Assembly (NCBI RefSeq): GCF_006345805.1
Contig: NC_043008.1
Coordinates: 50,406,001-50,470,000, forward strand
Direction: 5' to 3'
Length of the DNA: 64,000 nt
From: Octopus sinensis
Taxonomy: Eukaryota
The notes beneath the pieces are model-generated. The model saw only the letters and a program-made list of their open reading frames with translations. It had not been told where the DNA came from and did not search any database. Position 1 is the first letter of the stretch. Every line of letters starts with the position of its first letter. The translations under genes were made by a program, and so were the position numbers. This document shows, piece after piece, positions 37,690 to 51,749 of this stretch.

Positions 37690-37885
37690 ATATGACTGTG
37701 TGGTAAGAAATTTGTTTCCCAACCACATGGTTTTGGATTCAGTCCCACTGCATAGCACCTTGGGCAAGTATCCCCCAGTATAACCCTTGACTGACCAAGG
37801 GAAATCCACTTGACTTACAAGTGGATTTCCCTTTACCAAATCCACTTTTGAGTGGATTTGGTAAAGGGAAACTGAAAGAAGCCTT
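37690..37885 (+). mobile_element. SINE family A, 5' half with an internal duplication
   Basis: gactgtgtggtaagaaatttgtttcccaaccacatggttttggattcagtcccactgc...gagtggatttggtaaagggaaactgaaagaagcc. Confidence 0.75.
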
Positions 37886-38317
37886 TTTTATACACACACA
37901 TGTGTGTGTGTATGTGCTGGAATGTTACTGTCTCCTTATGTGATATTTGTAAATGAGTGTCACCACCATGCAAGTAATGTCTTTCATTTCTAATCTTTCT
38001 TTAAAACGTGTCTGGCCATGGGGAAATGTTACCTTACTTGGAAACAGGTATGGGTTGGTAACAGGAAAGACCATCTGGCTGTTGAAAATCTGCCTTAGCA
38101 AATTTTGTCCAACCCATGCTTACATGGAAAAGCAGACATTTAGAAACAATGATGATGTTGATTTCTCAGTCTGTAAATGCTGAGAAATGATTATAAAATC
38201 TTTAACTTGAACATAACTGTATTTTTCATAACAGCTACATACATGCTTGCATTCAATCACACACACACACTCATATATACTTTTATTTGACAGTCTTCTG
38301 TTAAAGTAAACAACAAA

Positions 38318-38525
38318 AATCCTTTCCACTATAGGCACAGGGCCTGAAATTTTGGGGGAGTGGGGCTAGTTGATTACAGTAATCCCAATACTGAACTGGT
38401 ACTTATTTCATCAACCCCAAAAAGATGAAAGGCAAAGTTGACCTCGGTGGAATTTGAACTCAGAATGTAAAGACAGATGAAATGTTGCTTAGCATTTTGT
38501 GTGGCATGCTAACGATTCTGCCAGC
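38318..38525 (-). mobile_element. SINE family B, full length
   Basis: cctttccactataggcacagggcctgaaatttt...ggtacttatttcatcaaccccaaaaagatgaaaggcaaagttgacctcggtggaatttgaactcagaa...aacgattctgccagc. Confidence 0.85.
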
Positions 38526-39949
38526 ACTCCAAATGATTTTTGTATGCTGTCAGAAATCTTTTGGGATGTGAATGGAAGTTAGATTGAGTTGACTCAAGCA
38601 CATGCTTGGTACTTAGCTTGTTGACTCCTACCAATGACTTTTGCCAAGAGTCTTTGTTAGGAGTTGATGCTGACAAGCCATGTCAGTATTGGCAGGATTT
38701 AAACTTAGAACACACATGAATGAAACTACGCAAAAAAAGAGAAAGAAAAAAAGTCATTTCATACGTTCAACTTTTCTTTCATTCTTTCAAATTTCAAAGC
38801 ATCTCTCTCTCTGCTTTTGCACTTACTAGCAAATAAATTAGTTTTGTAACATTATTATAGAAAAAGAAAACTATTATTTGACCAGATGTACAATTACATA
38901 CTTGCATTTGAAATAAAGAGCAGCTTTGCTCTCTCTTTCTCTCTCTCACATTCTCTCTCTCTCTCGCTCTCTCTCTCATACACACACACCATTTACTTCA
39001 TGAATGGAGCACTATTGTGTTTATTTCTTTTATTCATATGCTTTTAATGTATTTTTTGTTTTGTTTTTCACTTTGAAGTGTGAAGCATTGGATCATAGCT
39101 TTGTTTTGGCTGTAGTCATTAAAAATATTCCAACTGTTGAGCATAAACTTTATATCTTGAAAATAACATGTATATCTTGTTGAAGTTTTCTCTTTCTTTT
39201 GTTGATCTTAAATACACACACACACACATGGGAAAGTATGTGTGAATAGGAGCTTGGGAAAAATTGTTGGGAGATCTGTGGAAACTTTTTCATCAATTAT
39301 TCTTCATTTTTGCAACGTCACCTACTTAAATAATTTTCAAACAGTATTTCCTGTAGCTATATTTAGCCACATGACTAATTGCAAATTAAACACTAACAGT
39401 TTTAGATTATTACAATATATTTACCTAACTGTGGCTAAAAAGCATCTGATGCACACAATAGAGAGAACTGCCTGACTTCGTTGTTATGTATAGTGGAGAG
39501 AAGACCATGGTTTTTATGGCTCAGTGTTCTTCTTGAATACTGATCTTTTTATAGCATAGTCGGGGTCCATTTTATCATGCCACCAGCACCAGAGAAATTG
39601 TCTGCTGGAACTAAAGTGTCCAATCCGTAACTTTTTTACTCAGTTACTGCTCTTACAGATGGGTTGTTTTGCTGCAATTTGTTGAGTCTATATACGCTTG
39701 TATATGTGTATGTTTTTCTTTCTGTGTGTGAGTATGCACTTGGCAACCCTTAAAAAGCACCCAGTACACTCTGTAAATGGTTGGTATTAGGAAGGGCATC
39801 CAGCCATAGAAACTATGCCAAAACAAGCAGTAGAGTCTGGTGTAGCTCCTGGCCCTACCAACTCTTGTCAAAAGACAGTCCAACCCATGCCATCATGTAA
39901 TGCGGACACCATTTACCAGAGTGTACCGGGTACTTTTTAATGGTCATTT

Positions 39950-40027
39950 ATTTATATATATAAATAAATATATATATATAAATAAATATATATAAATAAA
40001 TATGTATAAATGTATATATGAATATAA

Positions 40028-40069
<42 letters not shown>
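39950..40069. repeat. (TA)n / (TAAA) compound microsatellite
   Basis: Read directly. Confidence 0.9.
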
Positions 40070-40071
<2 letters not shown>

Positions 40072-40795
40072 CTATAACATTGCAGGCTTAAGCAGCCCAT
40101 TGGAATATCTATTTTTGAAAGAATCTTAAGTAAACTAATATAAACTTCAGAAACTTAATTGTTAGCTGTGAATTCTTACCAATAAATTATGGAATTATAA
40201 AGCTATGCTTCTCAAATTTCACAATTTATTGAAAGTATTTACCTCTATTTATTTAATTTGTAAAGAATATTCTTGACTGAAAATTACCTGAAATTAAGAT
40301 ACAATCAACATAGGTAGATTTTAAGAATCAAGACAATTTCGTTATATTACTAGTAATTATCTTTGAAAGATGAAGGGCATAGTCGACCTTAGTGATATTT
40401 GAACTCAAGAAATGAATTACCAGTTGATGCTGAGTTTGTATAAATAAGGGCTATATAGATGCACTAAATATCTTTAGTTTATCAGTTTAGCTGCCTTTTA
40501 GAGCACAAATCACGTCAGTGCAGTGTGATCTTCCATGCTCATGCTGTTCATAAGATATATGCTTCTAATATATAGTTGAATAATATACTTGAGTTGAGGG
40601 TTTATATTAAAAACCTATAAATCACTTTTTATCTTAACAAGTCTTGTTAGCTTCTTGCAAAGTCTTTGAGAGAAGTATTAATCATGGTCACCAGTATAAC
40701 CAGCGATATTCTTTATAAATGGAATTCCAGATTAACCTTCATAACTTATGACTTTTCTTTTGGCTACTTATTATTAAACACTCACTGAAACCTGA

Positions 40796-41165
40796 AATGG
40801 TTGTGTGGTTAAGAACTTTGCTTTGTAACTACATGGTTATGGGTTCAATTCTATTGTGCGGTACTATAGCCCCAGATCAACCACTGCTTTGTATGTGAAT
40901 ATGGTAGATGGGTACTGTGTGGAAGCTCATCATATATATAAATTTTCTGTGTATGTATTTGTATTTGTCCACCCCCACCACTTGACAACCAGTGTCGGTT
41001 TGTTTACATTCCTGTAACTTAATGGTTCAGCAAAAGGGGCTGATAAAATAAGTGTCGGACTTTAAAGAAAAAATAAGTACTGGGATCGATTTGTTCAACT
41101 AAAATCCTTCAAGTCAGTTCCCTAGGTTGGCTGCAGTCCTGTGACTGGAACAAATTTGAAGATAA
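40796..41165 (+). mobile_element. SINE family A, full-length decayed copy
   Basis: atggttgtgtggttaagaactttgctttg...ccaccacttgacaaccagtgtcggtttgtttac...aagtactgggatcgatttgttcaactaaaatcc. Confidence 0.75.
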
Positions 41166-41270
41166 CCATGTAATAGTAGTATATGAACAGTATAAAGGGA
41201 TCAGCTTGACTTGTTTTTATCCTGTGTTGCAATTTGACTTGTAACTGTGACAGTGCAGTACCCCTTTTAA

Positions 41271-41475
41271 CCCTTTTGGTACCAACCTGCTCAAGACTGC
41301 CTCTGGTTCTATGTTACAAATTGCCTGTTTTAAAATGGTCTATGTTAAAGCCTTCCACCGAAAAATCTTATTAATTTATGTTCTAAAAACTATTTATTTT
41401 ATTAAATTTTTCATTGATTCCAAAATAAAAAAAACAAGGGCTCTGTATTTCAACAGCTGTATGGGGACAAAAGGG
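41271..41475 (+). mobile_element. TTAA-flanked (piggyBac-type) MITE, 205 bp
   Basis: TTAA|CCCTTTTG...CAAAAGGG|TTAA (TTAA at 41267-41270 and 41476-41479); terminal inverted repeat cccttttg. Confidence 0.8.
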
Positions 41476-42769
41476 TTAATTGTCCACAGATACTGCTTGT
41501 AAGCTTAGTAACCAAAGGCTTAAGTAAATTGGATAGAATGAGTTGTACACACACACTAAATACAAATATACATTAGTTATTGAATAAATTATGAAAGCTT
41601 TAATAGCATACATAACTAGCTATTATATAGCGAAGCACGTAAAGAAATGAGATATCTTCCAATTTAATCTTCCTTTTTTCTTTCTATTAGATTGGTCGTG
41701 TAGCGTGTAGTTTACAGTTCTGTACAGTCATACATTATTGAGCCATTTCACATTGATGTTAACATTTTGATTTGCTGTGCACTCTGAAGGGTTTCATGCT
41801 ATTGTCTTTATCTCATGAATTGGATGCATTAAAGAAAAATACTTCAAGATTTCAATGGCTTTTGATACATGAAAAATATAGTTGATGAGATGTATGTGTG
41901 GACTTGAAACACACATGTGCACACTCACTAATAATCCCTTTGTGTTTGTATGTTTATTGTAATTTGAGAAGTGCTTTTCACTTTGCTACATCTCATCTTT
42001 AAAGGTTTATTTAATTTTTATATTATTTTCTGTGAGTTTTCACTGGATTTTGATTCATGCCATATTTTCTCAAAGGCACAAGCATGGCTGAATGGTTAAG
42101 AAACTTGCCTCTCAACCATCCTCTTATGTGGTCTTGGGTTCAGTCCCACTGTGCAGTACCTTGGGAAAGTGTCTTTTACTATAAGCCCGAGCTAACTAAA
42201 GCTTTATCAGTGGATTTGGTATATGGAAACCGAAAGAAGCCCATTATGTATATTGATGTGCATGTGTGTATGTATCCTTGTCTTGACATCACATGATGGT
42301 TGCAAACCAGCATCATCATCATCATCATTGCAAGTAATGTTACTTGTTTTCATCTTATGTGAAAAACATGTCTAGCCATGGGGAAATATGATCTTGCTTG
42401 GAAACAGGTAAGAGTTGGTGACATCCATAAAATATCTGCCTACTTGTTGCTCTGTTTAACATCATCATCTAGCCAACAGTTTTTTGGATTATGTTTAGTA
42501 GAGTTCATTTTATTGCAAGCATTTGGATGCCCCATCCCCCACAATACATATTGCCTCTGTACTCAGTGTTTCCTGCAAACATTTGAGTTACAGATGTCTC
42601 GGCCAGGCCAGTCTACCATGCAAAGATCATGTCCACTGCCCCTCTAAAAATGTGTGTGTATGCTGGTTTTTTATATTGCTTTTTTAAAAATGTCAGCTAC
42701 CTAATTGTAAAAATATCTCTCTCTCTCTCTGTCTCTCTCTCTCACACACACACACTCTCTCGGGATACT

Positions 42770-43060
42770 GGTTAGAGGTAATCCTGATAACTTGGGTTGC
42801 ATTTTGGCAACTCTTGATCGACCCCAGTATAACAGGTACAGTTTTTGTTTGAAGTCTTTATGCAATTCCACTTCTATTGTGAAGCTTTCAATTCTTTATC
42901 TGGACATGCAATGTCCATTAGCACATTTTGATTAAAGATCTTTTATGATAATGCCTTGTTGGTAGATTTATTATCATGTTTGTGCGTGTGTCTATCTGTT
43001 AATGTGGCCATATTACAATCAATCAAAGGGTATTGGTTGTGATCCCGCCGCATATAAGTT
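42770..43060 (-). mobile_element. R4/Dong-type non-LTR element, restriction-like endonuclease remnant (highly decayed)
   Basis: Frameshifted minus-strand pieces TDR..., IIIKDL, VLMDIACPD and KTVPVILG resemble the TDR.I..NRPDIII.D...C.LIDI.CP.D...TVPVIIG motif of these endonucleases. Confidence 0.5.
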
Positions 43061-43239
43061 TGTAATTATGTTTGTTTTCGAGTCTAGTGCATATGTACAT
43101 GTGTGTATGCATACTGATCAACAGGTAGTTATGCTAATTTATAAAGGCCTGTCCTTTATTTTACTTACTAATTTCTGATATTTACTATTATTTTTAAATA
43201 ATTTATTTAGATGTACTGCCTCTATGACCTTCATAGGCC

Positions 43240-43790
43240 CTCCCAGTTAGTTAAGGCATTATATTGAGCCTGAATTTCTGTAGATTGATGACGGTAGAAG
43301 AAAAGAGTGGGGAAGATAGGAATTCTATTGGGCTGTTGTCCTGTCATGTTTAGAATAGGATTTTTGGAATGCTAGACATAGTAAGGTTAATGAATTGAGA
43401 ATTGTCTTTGTTACTGACTGACATGGATGGAGGCAACATTCAGATTATTAGTTTCGGGAAGCTGATTTTTGTATATTAGTGAATTTTTGCTAATCAGCTG
43501 GATGATTTTCTGGAGTGGGTTGTTGTGTGTGCGTGTGCACACATGCAGTAATTGTAGCTCCAGCAGTACTACCTATTCCATGTTGGTATATAATAGTGCT
43601 GCCCCAATGTTGTCCTTATTTGAACTTTGCAGAGAGTCAGCAATTGATCAGAGCTGAAATGTTTTGTACTCCTGAAGATAAACAATGGTTTTAGAGGTAC
43701 TGTTTTGGCAATGTTGTTTAACCTCTTGTTAAATGTTTTGTATGTAAGGTCCCAATGAGGGGGTCATTAGACAATGTAGTGCATTTAAAG
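43240..43790 (-). mobile_element. CR1/Jockey-superclade LINE, post-RT C-terminal remnant
   Basis: Minus strand reads IAKTVPLKPLFIFRSTKHFSSDQLLTLCKVQIRTTL (cf. AK.AS.KLG.LFR.R.YFS.EQLLTLYKAQIRP.LEY), and near 43260-43310 INLQKFRLNI. Confidence 0.6.
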
Positions 43791-44349
43791 GTATCAGCTG
43801 AGTGTAGCTATACACTTGGTATGTATGGATAGTGAAACTTGGTGTACATGTAGAGGACTAGTTGGAAACACTGTAGTTTAGTTTATTATTATTTAGTAAT
43901 AATATTGTTTTATTTTTATTGTAAGATTAATAAAAGAAGTACCAATCAAGATCTAGGTTTGATAGACTAACTGTACCCGTTTTCTGAAATGTGTAGCCTT
44001 GTGCCAATGTCAGTAACTATTTTGTCTGGATCAACTTTACTTTTTATTTTTTTGAGTGTTAATCAAATGCTAGGTGGATGTGATCAACTATATAACTTTC
44101 CACAATTTTTTAACTTGTGCTTACGTTAAAAACCATTTGGCAGAATCATTAGAATATTTTAGACAGAATACCTTCTGGTTTTTCACATTTCTGAGTTCAA
44201 ATTGCACCAATATTAGCTTTAGCTCTCATCTTTCTGACATCAATAAAAAGTACCATTCAAATACTGGGAAAATTTGACTTTTTTTCTCAAATTTGTGGCT
44301 TTGTACCTCATAGAAACACATTATTATTTCATAATAACAAAACAATAAT

Positions 44350-44502
44350 AATTTGGTGTTAGGAAGGGCATCCAACTGTAGAAACCATGCCAAGGTAGAC
44401 AGTTGAGCTTGGTGCAGTTTTCTGGCTTGCCAGCTCGTGTCAAACTATCCAACCCATGCCAACATGGAAAGCAGATGTTAAATGATGATGATGATGATGA
44501 TG
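44350..44502 (+). mobile_element. SINE-like family C tail with (GAT)n
   Basis: ttggtgttaggaagggcatccaactgtagaaaccatgcc...aacccatgccaacatggaaagcagatgttaaatgatgatgat. Confidence 0.8.
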
Positions 44503-45136
44503 GTGGTGGTAAATATTGTTTGTTTCAGTTTCAATCTCAGATCATCAGTCTAATTAGCTTGTTTTAAAGAGAAAATTTTTTTTTGTATGTAACAATATTA
44601 TTTTCTAATGTTGTAAAATTAGAACAATCTAAGTATTTTATTTTTTATATTTTTCTTCTATTAAGTAGCTTCAGTGCACTCACTGTTACCAACTTTGTTT
44701 CTCAACTCTCACTTTCTAAATATTTTTATAACAAAGAATTTATACTTAGCTTCTCCAACTTTTTCAAGGCAATATTTTTTTTTCACCTGTCAGGATTTAA
44801 ATATTTACAAGAAGCACTATTTGTCTGTGATTCCATGCCTGTATTTTCTTTGTCAGTATTTACAAGCATGTCTTATATTATTGTAGCTTAGTCATTTTCA
44901 GAGTGTGTGTGTGTGTACTTGCACCATATGTTTTCTCTAATCATTTTATACTATTAGCAGAGTTCCAAGTGTAGCAAGTTATCAACTTTGTGGCTATTGA
45001 TGCAAGTTTTTGCTGATACTGGACACTTTGAGACGGTGTGTGGGTCATTGTCTTGCTGTTGTTATTACATCATCATGCAGGCATCACTGCTGACCCTTTT
45101 TTCTTTCAATGTTATTCTTTAAACACTTCTTATTAC

Positions 45137-45300
45137 ATGAGTGTGGCTGTGTGGTAAGAAGTTTGCCATCCAACCACATGGTTCTGGGTTCAATCTCACT
45201 GTGTGGCACCTTGGGCAAGTGTATTCTGCTATAGCCTCAGGCCGAACAAACCCTTGTAAGTGAATTTGGTAGACAGAAATTGAAAGAAGCCTCTGTGTGT
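45137..45300 (+). mobile_element. SINE family A, 5' half
   Basis: gagtgtggctgtgtggtaagaagtttgccatccaaccacatggttctgggttcaatctcactgtgtggcaccttgggcaagtg... Confidence 0.8.
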
Positions 45301-48179
45301 GTGTCTATTTTAGTACCCTACCAATGATCTTGTGTTGATATCAGGAGACCCCCCCACCCTCAGCCTCGGGGCTGATCTTTAAAACCAGTGTGAGAATTCT
45401 TGACAGTTTGTGTTTGCCTTTTGAACTGTGGTTGAAGGCTGGTCAATCAAAATGTTTTCTTGACATCTACTAGGTGTTATCTTTGTTTTTCTTCTTTTTG
45501 TCTTCTGAATTCTGTATAGATTCTATCACTTCTGTACTTGCCTCTCTGGTGTATTTGTCAATTTCTCTGGAACTGAAGACAATTTCAAATGTCACTTAAT
45601 GATTATATAGGCCAATGGAGGTGATTTTTCTAATAATATCAGCTTTTATAATTACTATATATTCTAAATGATGACATTAATTTTTCTTTCATTCATTTAT
45701 TTGATTTATTTAATTTAATTTTATTTTATATTAAATTGTTAATATTAGTGGGAGATAGGAATGGTATCTTGAGGAATGCAGGAATTGTGTAAAATTAGTT
45801 GATGCGACACAATGAATCTAGTGAAACTGCAGCAGACCTTCTTAAGTTGTATATAATCTGTTTGGTAAGTCTCGATAGATTTTGTTTTTCTGACAGGGAG
45901 CTGATTACTGAAAGCTGAATATGAGACTCTGACCTCTATAGAGATTCTTGGATAATAATGATGATGGTGAATAGGTATGGTTGTTGTCATTTGCAAGGCT
46001 TGTTTTTCCAAAACTCACCTCTTAGAGCTGCAATCTTGAGTCACTCACAGACTGAGGTTGAGCACTTAGCATCTTGCTTTTTGCTTTTTGCTCACTGCCC
46101 ACTTGGCAATGCAAATAGTGGACTGTCCACACAAGTAATTTGAAGAGGGTTAATGGAGGGTATTAGTGATGTTGATCTCTGGACAATTCTGGGCAATAAT
46201 GAAGACAATCTGAATGGTCTCATCTAGAGACTATTCAAGAAAACTTTTAGGTTAAGGATTATGGATAACTTCTGAGAGTCCATGACTTGACGCTCTCACA
46301 GAAAAGGGAGTGTTACCATTTCCAGATAAACTCTATAGGTTTGGCAATGCCATCAGCTTGGCCTCTTCTAAGACCAAACTCATAAACTTTTACAGTGAGA
46401 AACTTGATGAGAGCAGCAAGACCGATCTGGTTTGATAGTTCTAATCAGAAGTTTCATTTGTGTTTCTTAGCCTGAAAAAGGCATTTGTAGTGTTGAAGGA
46501 CATTTACATAGTTGTGGGACATCTTAATTTACTCTAGGTTATTACCTCGACTCTTTGTGACTTGCCTCAGTTGTCACTCTTGTAGCTTCTGTTAGGAGAT
46601 GACAGGCTGGTACTCATTAGCACATCAACAAAATGTTTTGTTGTTTCTTCTTGGCTTTTTATGTTTCAAGTTCAACTCCCACTGAGGACATCAACTTTGC
46701 CTTTCATCAATCTGGGGATCAATAAAAGTACTGGGGCCAATGGTACTGACTACTCACCATCCCCTCAAAATTTCAGGCCTTGTGTCTAAATCAAAACCAA
46801 AAACTAATAATTATTTCTAACAGCAGTGAGGAAGTAACAGAAGCTTGTATGTTTTAAAAATGCCAATTTTCTTTTCTTTTTCTGTGGTGGGTGCCAAAAT
46901 ATTATATTTTTTCTTTTTATTTTAATACCACAAATATTTTCTAATGGAAATGCTAAGTACTTTCCTCAACTGTATTATATTACAATTATTTACAATTGCT
47001 GGTATCAAAATAATGTTAATAATTGTTTATAACATAGGCACAAGGCCTGAAAGTTTGAAGGGTGGGGGTTAGTTTATTGAATTACCCTAGTACTTAACTG
47101 GTACTTTTTGTTGGCCCCAAGGGGGTTAAGGGCAAAGTTGATCTCACTGGGATTTGAATTCAGAACATAAAGAGCCACAACAAATACCTGTTAATCCTGC
47201 GGAGATCAACTTTGTTTTTAATCATCTGTATTCTCCCCAAATTGTTGGCCTTGTACCTAAATAAGAAACAATAATAATAATGATGATGATGATAATAAAT
47301 AGAAGAAAGAAATACTTAGTGTTTTGGATAATCTGTGAATGAATTGTTTTTATTGTATTGCTATGGTGTGAATTTCGTTTCAACTTGGCTGCCTCTTTTC
47401 AAGACCACATTAACATTGGTGCTGCCAACATTGCAGAATTTCGAGTAAAACATAGCTTTCTTTTATTCTCTTCTTGCAGTCCTTTGATAGTGGGTTGTTT
47501 CTGTTTTAAAGAACAAGCATTATTGTTTCAGCACCGCTTTCGCTAACACTGTTTTTCTTTTCTTTTCTTTTTTTTTAGAGGGTAGGGGAGTGTTTTTCAG
47601 ACACTTTGAATTTTGTTTATTTAACCCCCAGGTCAATCTTGATCAGATGTATGATAAAAGGTGTGCCAAAAATATTCCTATGTTTGATTTTCTTTTTAAA
47701 TATATTATATCTAAGACTACATTATTCAGTGTGTGCCTTTCATTATTTCCCTTAAGACAGTTGGGTATGATTTGAGTGAGATTTGATTGCTATTTGTAGC
47801 ATGTTGACCATGTTGAGGTTCCCTAATTGTCTTCTTGTTTTTGCTTGGGTTTTGAATTCAAACCCCATTAGAATAAGGCTTGTATTTTATTTTCCAGAGG
47901 GTCAATAATATAAGGAACAAAAATATACTGGAGTTGATTAAATTATCTATATCCCGTTACAGAAACTAGACTTGTTCTCATTAGAGTTTTCTAGCAACAA
48001 ATTCCATGGTGATTGAACTTTGAAATTATGGTTTCTCTTCTGAGTTCAAGCCATTTTCATGATGTGTGGTAAAAATATGTTCATTGCAGATACTGATTCC
48101 TCTTTAAGGAATTCTCAGGTTTATGTCTTATTGAAGGTATTTGCAATGATGGAAATTTGGTACATGTAACGTCAGAGGT

Positions 48180-48850
48180 CTGCACTGAGGCTGATGTAAT
48201 CAACTAGCTAAATCTCCCAAAATTGCTGGCCTTGTGTCCCAATTTGAAACTATTTTTATTATCATTAGTACACTGTGCAAAATGCTTAGCATTACTTCTT
48301 CCAGCTTAACATTTTGCATTCAAATGTTGCTGAGGTTGACTTTTTCTTTCATCCTTTCAGGTTGACAAAATAAGTACTAGTTGAGTACCTGGATTACTGT
48401 AATCAACTAGCCCTTCCCTGCCAAATCTCAGGCCTAGTGCCTATTCTAGAAAGAATTACTATTATTATTATTAAGAAGGTGATGGCAGAATCATTAGCAT
48501 GCCAGGCAGAATGCTTGGTAGCATTTTGTCTGTCTTCACATTCTGCCAAGGTTGACTTCACCTTTCATCCTCTTGGGGTCAATAAAATAAGCACCAGTTG
48601 AGTACTGGGGTTGATACTTAAAACCATTATTAATAAGGTGGTGAGCTGGTTGAATGGTTAGCAGAGTGGGCAAAATGCTTAGCAGCATTGCTTCCAGTTT
48701 ATGTTCTGAATTCAAATTCTGCCAAGGTCAACTTTGCCTTGCATCCTTTTGGGATCAATGAAATAAGTACCAGTTGAGCAGAGGAATTGACTAGCCCCTT
48801 CCCCCAAAATTCCAAACCTTGTGCCTATAGTAAAAAGAATTATTATTATT
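48180..48850 (+). mobile_element. Stack of about four head-to-tail SINE family B copies separated by (ATT)n
   Basis: Core ctttcatcc...aataagta/gcaccagttgagta recurs at about 48345, 48560 and 48745, plus a partial copy at 48180-48255. Confidence 0.8.
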
Positions 48851-49607
48851 CATGAAATAAAATTTTGATTCTCAGCTTATTCAGGAACAAATTTGATATT
48901 ACTTGAAGGTCCAGGAGACCCCCACTAAGTAAACAGGAGTGTGGTAGATACTCAGATCAAATAAAGCTTGAAATATAGTAATGGAGAGAGAGAGAGAGAG
49001 AGAGTGTGTGTGTGTGTGAGTTATACAAAAACAAAGAAACAGGCAAGAAACAAGAAAGAAATAAAGAACACATGACAACAATCTAGAATGTTCTCTACTG
49101 TTATTGTATGTTGTCAGTTCAGAAGCTGCTTATTTTCTTCCTTTTTTTAATCTATTTCTTCAGGTGTATACTCAAATCAGATTTTATTTATTCTTTCATT
49201 TTCCTACATTACTGTCAGTGTAATGCTTTTTCCTTTTCAAACATTTTGCATTTCTCTTCTTAGTACTAGAATGGACGGTTTGGCTTTGTAAATTTGATAA
49301 ATTGTATATTTTTAGAGCAATCATTTTTCAGTTCAATGCTAAAAGTGAATTATTTCAAAGTTGCAGGCACAGATGTGGCTGTGTGGTTAAGGAGCTTGTT
49401 TCCCAATCACTTGGTCTTGGACCAGTGTCTTTCACTATATCCCTGGACCTTGTGTGTGGATTTGGTCGATGGAAACTGAAAGAAGCCTGTCATATATGAT
49501 GGACTTCCAGACAGTTTCCATCTACCACATTCACTTACTGGTTGTGAAGCAGTGAGTTGGAGAACAAACACAAACGTATACACACCTACATATGTAATAT
49601 ATGATAC

Positions 49608-49978
49608 ATAAGTGCGGCTGTGTGGTAAGAAACTTGCTTTCCAACCACATGATTTTGGGTTCAGTCCCACTGAATTGCATCTTGGGCAACCTTGTCAGTG
49701 GATTTGGTAGACATATACTGAAAGAAGCCCATTGTGTGTGTGCGTGTGTGCTTACGTGCATGTCTTTGTGTCTGTGTTTCTCCTCCACCACCACTTGACA
49801 ACCGGTGTTGGTGTGTTTATGTCCCTGTAGCTTAGCAGTTCAGAAAAAGAGACCAACAGAGTAAGTACCAGGCTTAAAAAAAAAATAAAATATGTACTGG
49901 AGTCTATTCATTCGAATTAAAAATTCTTCAAGGCGGTGCCCCAGCATGGCTGCAATCCAAAGTCTGAAACAAATAAAA
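49608..49978 (+). mobile_element. SINE family A variant, full length
   Basis: gtgcggctgtgtggtaagaaacttgctttccaaccacatg...ggcggtgccccagcatggctgcaatcc; neighbouring partial A copies at 49365-49500(+), 49510-49545(-) and 49990-50125(-). Confidence 0.8.
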
Positions 49979-51475
49979 CTCACACACATACAGCTTCCAT
50001 GAAACTCACAAGGCATTGATCGGCTGGCCTAGGGCTATAGTAGAGGATGCTTGCCTAAGATGTCACATAATGGGGATTGAACTTCAGATCACATGGTTGC
50101 AAAGAAAGCTTAACCACACAGCCACTAGAGCTGATTTATTTATTGTTGTTCAGAATCTAATCCTGCCCTGACGGAACTGAGCCAAAGACATTCCAATCAT
50201 GATGTTCCCATTCTTTTTCTCAGACATAGAGTATTTAGGATTACTATTATCCAATGTATCTTGCTTTTATGTATGAAATGGCAAGACATGATTGGAAGGA
50301 GATATGGCTACATTTTTTAAACATGTCAAGCAACTAAATAGACCAGCCATTGGCAACCTACAGCCTGTGAGTCTTTCTTAATGGCACACATAATGAAAAA
50401 TTACCTTCAGTTTTTTAGTTGTGGCCTACCTTATGATGAGCCACAACTCATGTATCCTGCTTCTGGGAAAAGGTTACCCATGACTGATATAGAAACTTTC
50501 TTGTCAGCTTGTGAACCTTGGTGGTATATCATTGCACTGAATTTAAAATGCTGCAGGGGAGTCAGTATATATTTATTATTTCTCTGCAGTGAATCAGAGA
50601 TGATTTCATTAATTATATTTCACTCTGCAAAAAATGGTCCAGAAATTAGTCTTAAAAAAATTATTGTTTTCTGGTAACAACCCAACTCCACTTTTGTAGC
50701 GTGTTGTGGGTTATTTCTGTTAAAGTATTTTACACATTTTTTTCATACTTATTATTATAAGTTCACTCAATAAAACCTGATTTGTATTCAGTCAGTAAGA
50801 GCAATTTATTTCTGTATTTATTTATCTTCCTAACTTCGTACTCACAGCACCCAAATTAAATTTCTTTTCATGCTTCAAATAATGTGGAGTTTCTTTCCCA
50901 ATGAAGAAGAAGCCTACTATTTGTATCACAAGTTGGGTACTGTTTTGTCTGGCTTGCTAAATACTTGATTTAGCTACAACACCTCACTATTGTACTAGTG
51001 TTTGAGGAAGGAGTACGCTGATAACTGTGCAACTGCTGCTGAATTCTGAACACGCTACTTAAAAATAAGACAAAAAAGAACAGCAGAAATATAAAAAAAA
51101 AGATTAGAAAAAAAAAACAAAACCATCCAACAAACCAACTGGTTTCTATTCATGTGTTTGCAGACACCACTTTTTCTTTCTTTTTGTTTGCATTGTTTTT
51201 AGCTTCTTTTATTATTATTATTTTTGTCAATGAGTCTTAATCATCTTTATTTAGAAAACCCGGTGAATTAAGAACAATTCAGAAATAACTGCAAATCTCT
51301 TTTGTCTTGAATTTAACTCTAATTTTATATTAATCTCTCTTTGTTTTTCTATTTCTTTTTGTTGTTGTTGCTGTGGTGGTTGTTGTATCTTTCGACTCAT
51401 ATTGAATGTTGTCACTTGTTATTGATTTGTTTCTTCTTATATTTCATTAATTTTCTTCACTTTTCTTGCCAAACT

Positions 51476-51512
<37 letters not shown>

Positions 51513-51714
51513 GAAGGGTGGTTCATTAGAGAATCAGACAAAATGCCTTGCAGTATTTGTTTGGGTTCTTTGTTCTGAGTTCAAATGCCACCAAGGTTGG
51601 CTTTGTCTTTCATCCTTTTGGGTCAGTAAAACAATTCCATTTGAGTACTGGGGTTGATGCAATTGATTTCCCTCTTCCACTATAAAAAGTGCAGGCATTG
51701 TGCCAAAATTAGAA

Positions 51715-51747
<33 letters not shown>

Positions 51748-51749
<2 letters not shown>

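Noticed and set aside
41671-41790. Strong-looking + strand acceptors at 8448, 34345, 41690 and 49163
   Set aside because: None is followed by a CRTC-like peptide, and each has an early in-frame stop in the required phase or no good donor nearby.
45770-46520. Possible decayed RTE-like LINE on the minus strand (also 22126-22335)
   Set aside because: Only scattered 3-5 residue resemblances across several frameshifts; too weak to call by eye.
50985-51060. Minus-strand acceptor followed by SVFRIQQQLHSYQRTPSSNTSTI
   Set aside because: Weak donor, no homology, and no partner exons found.
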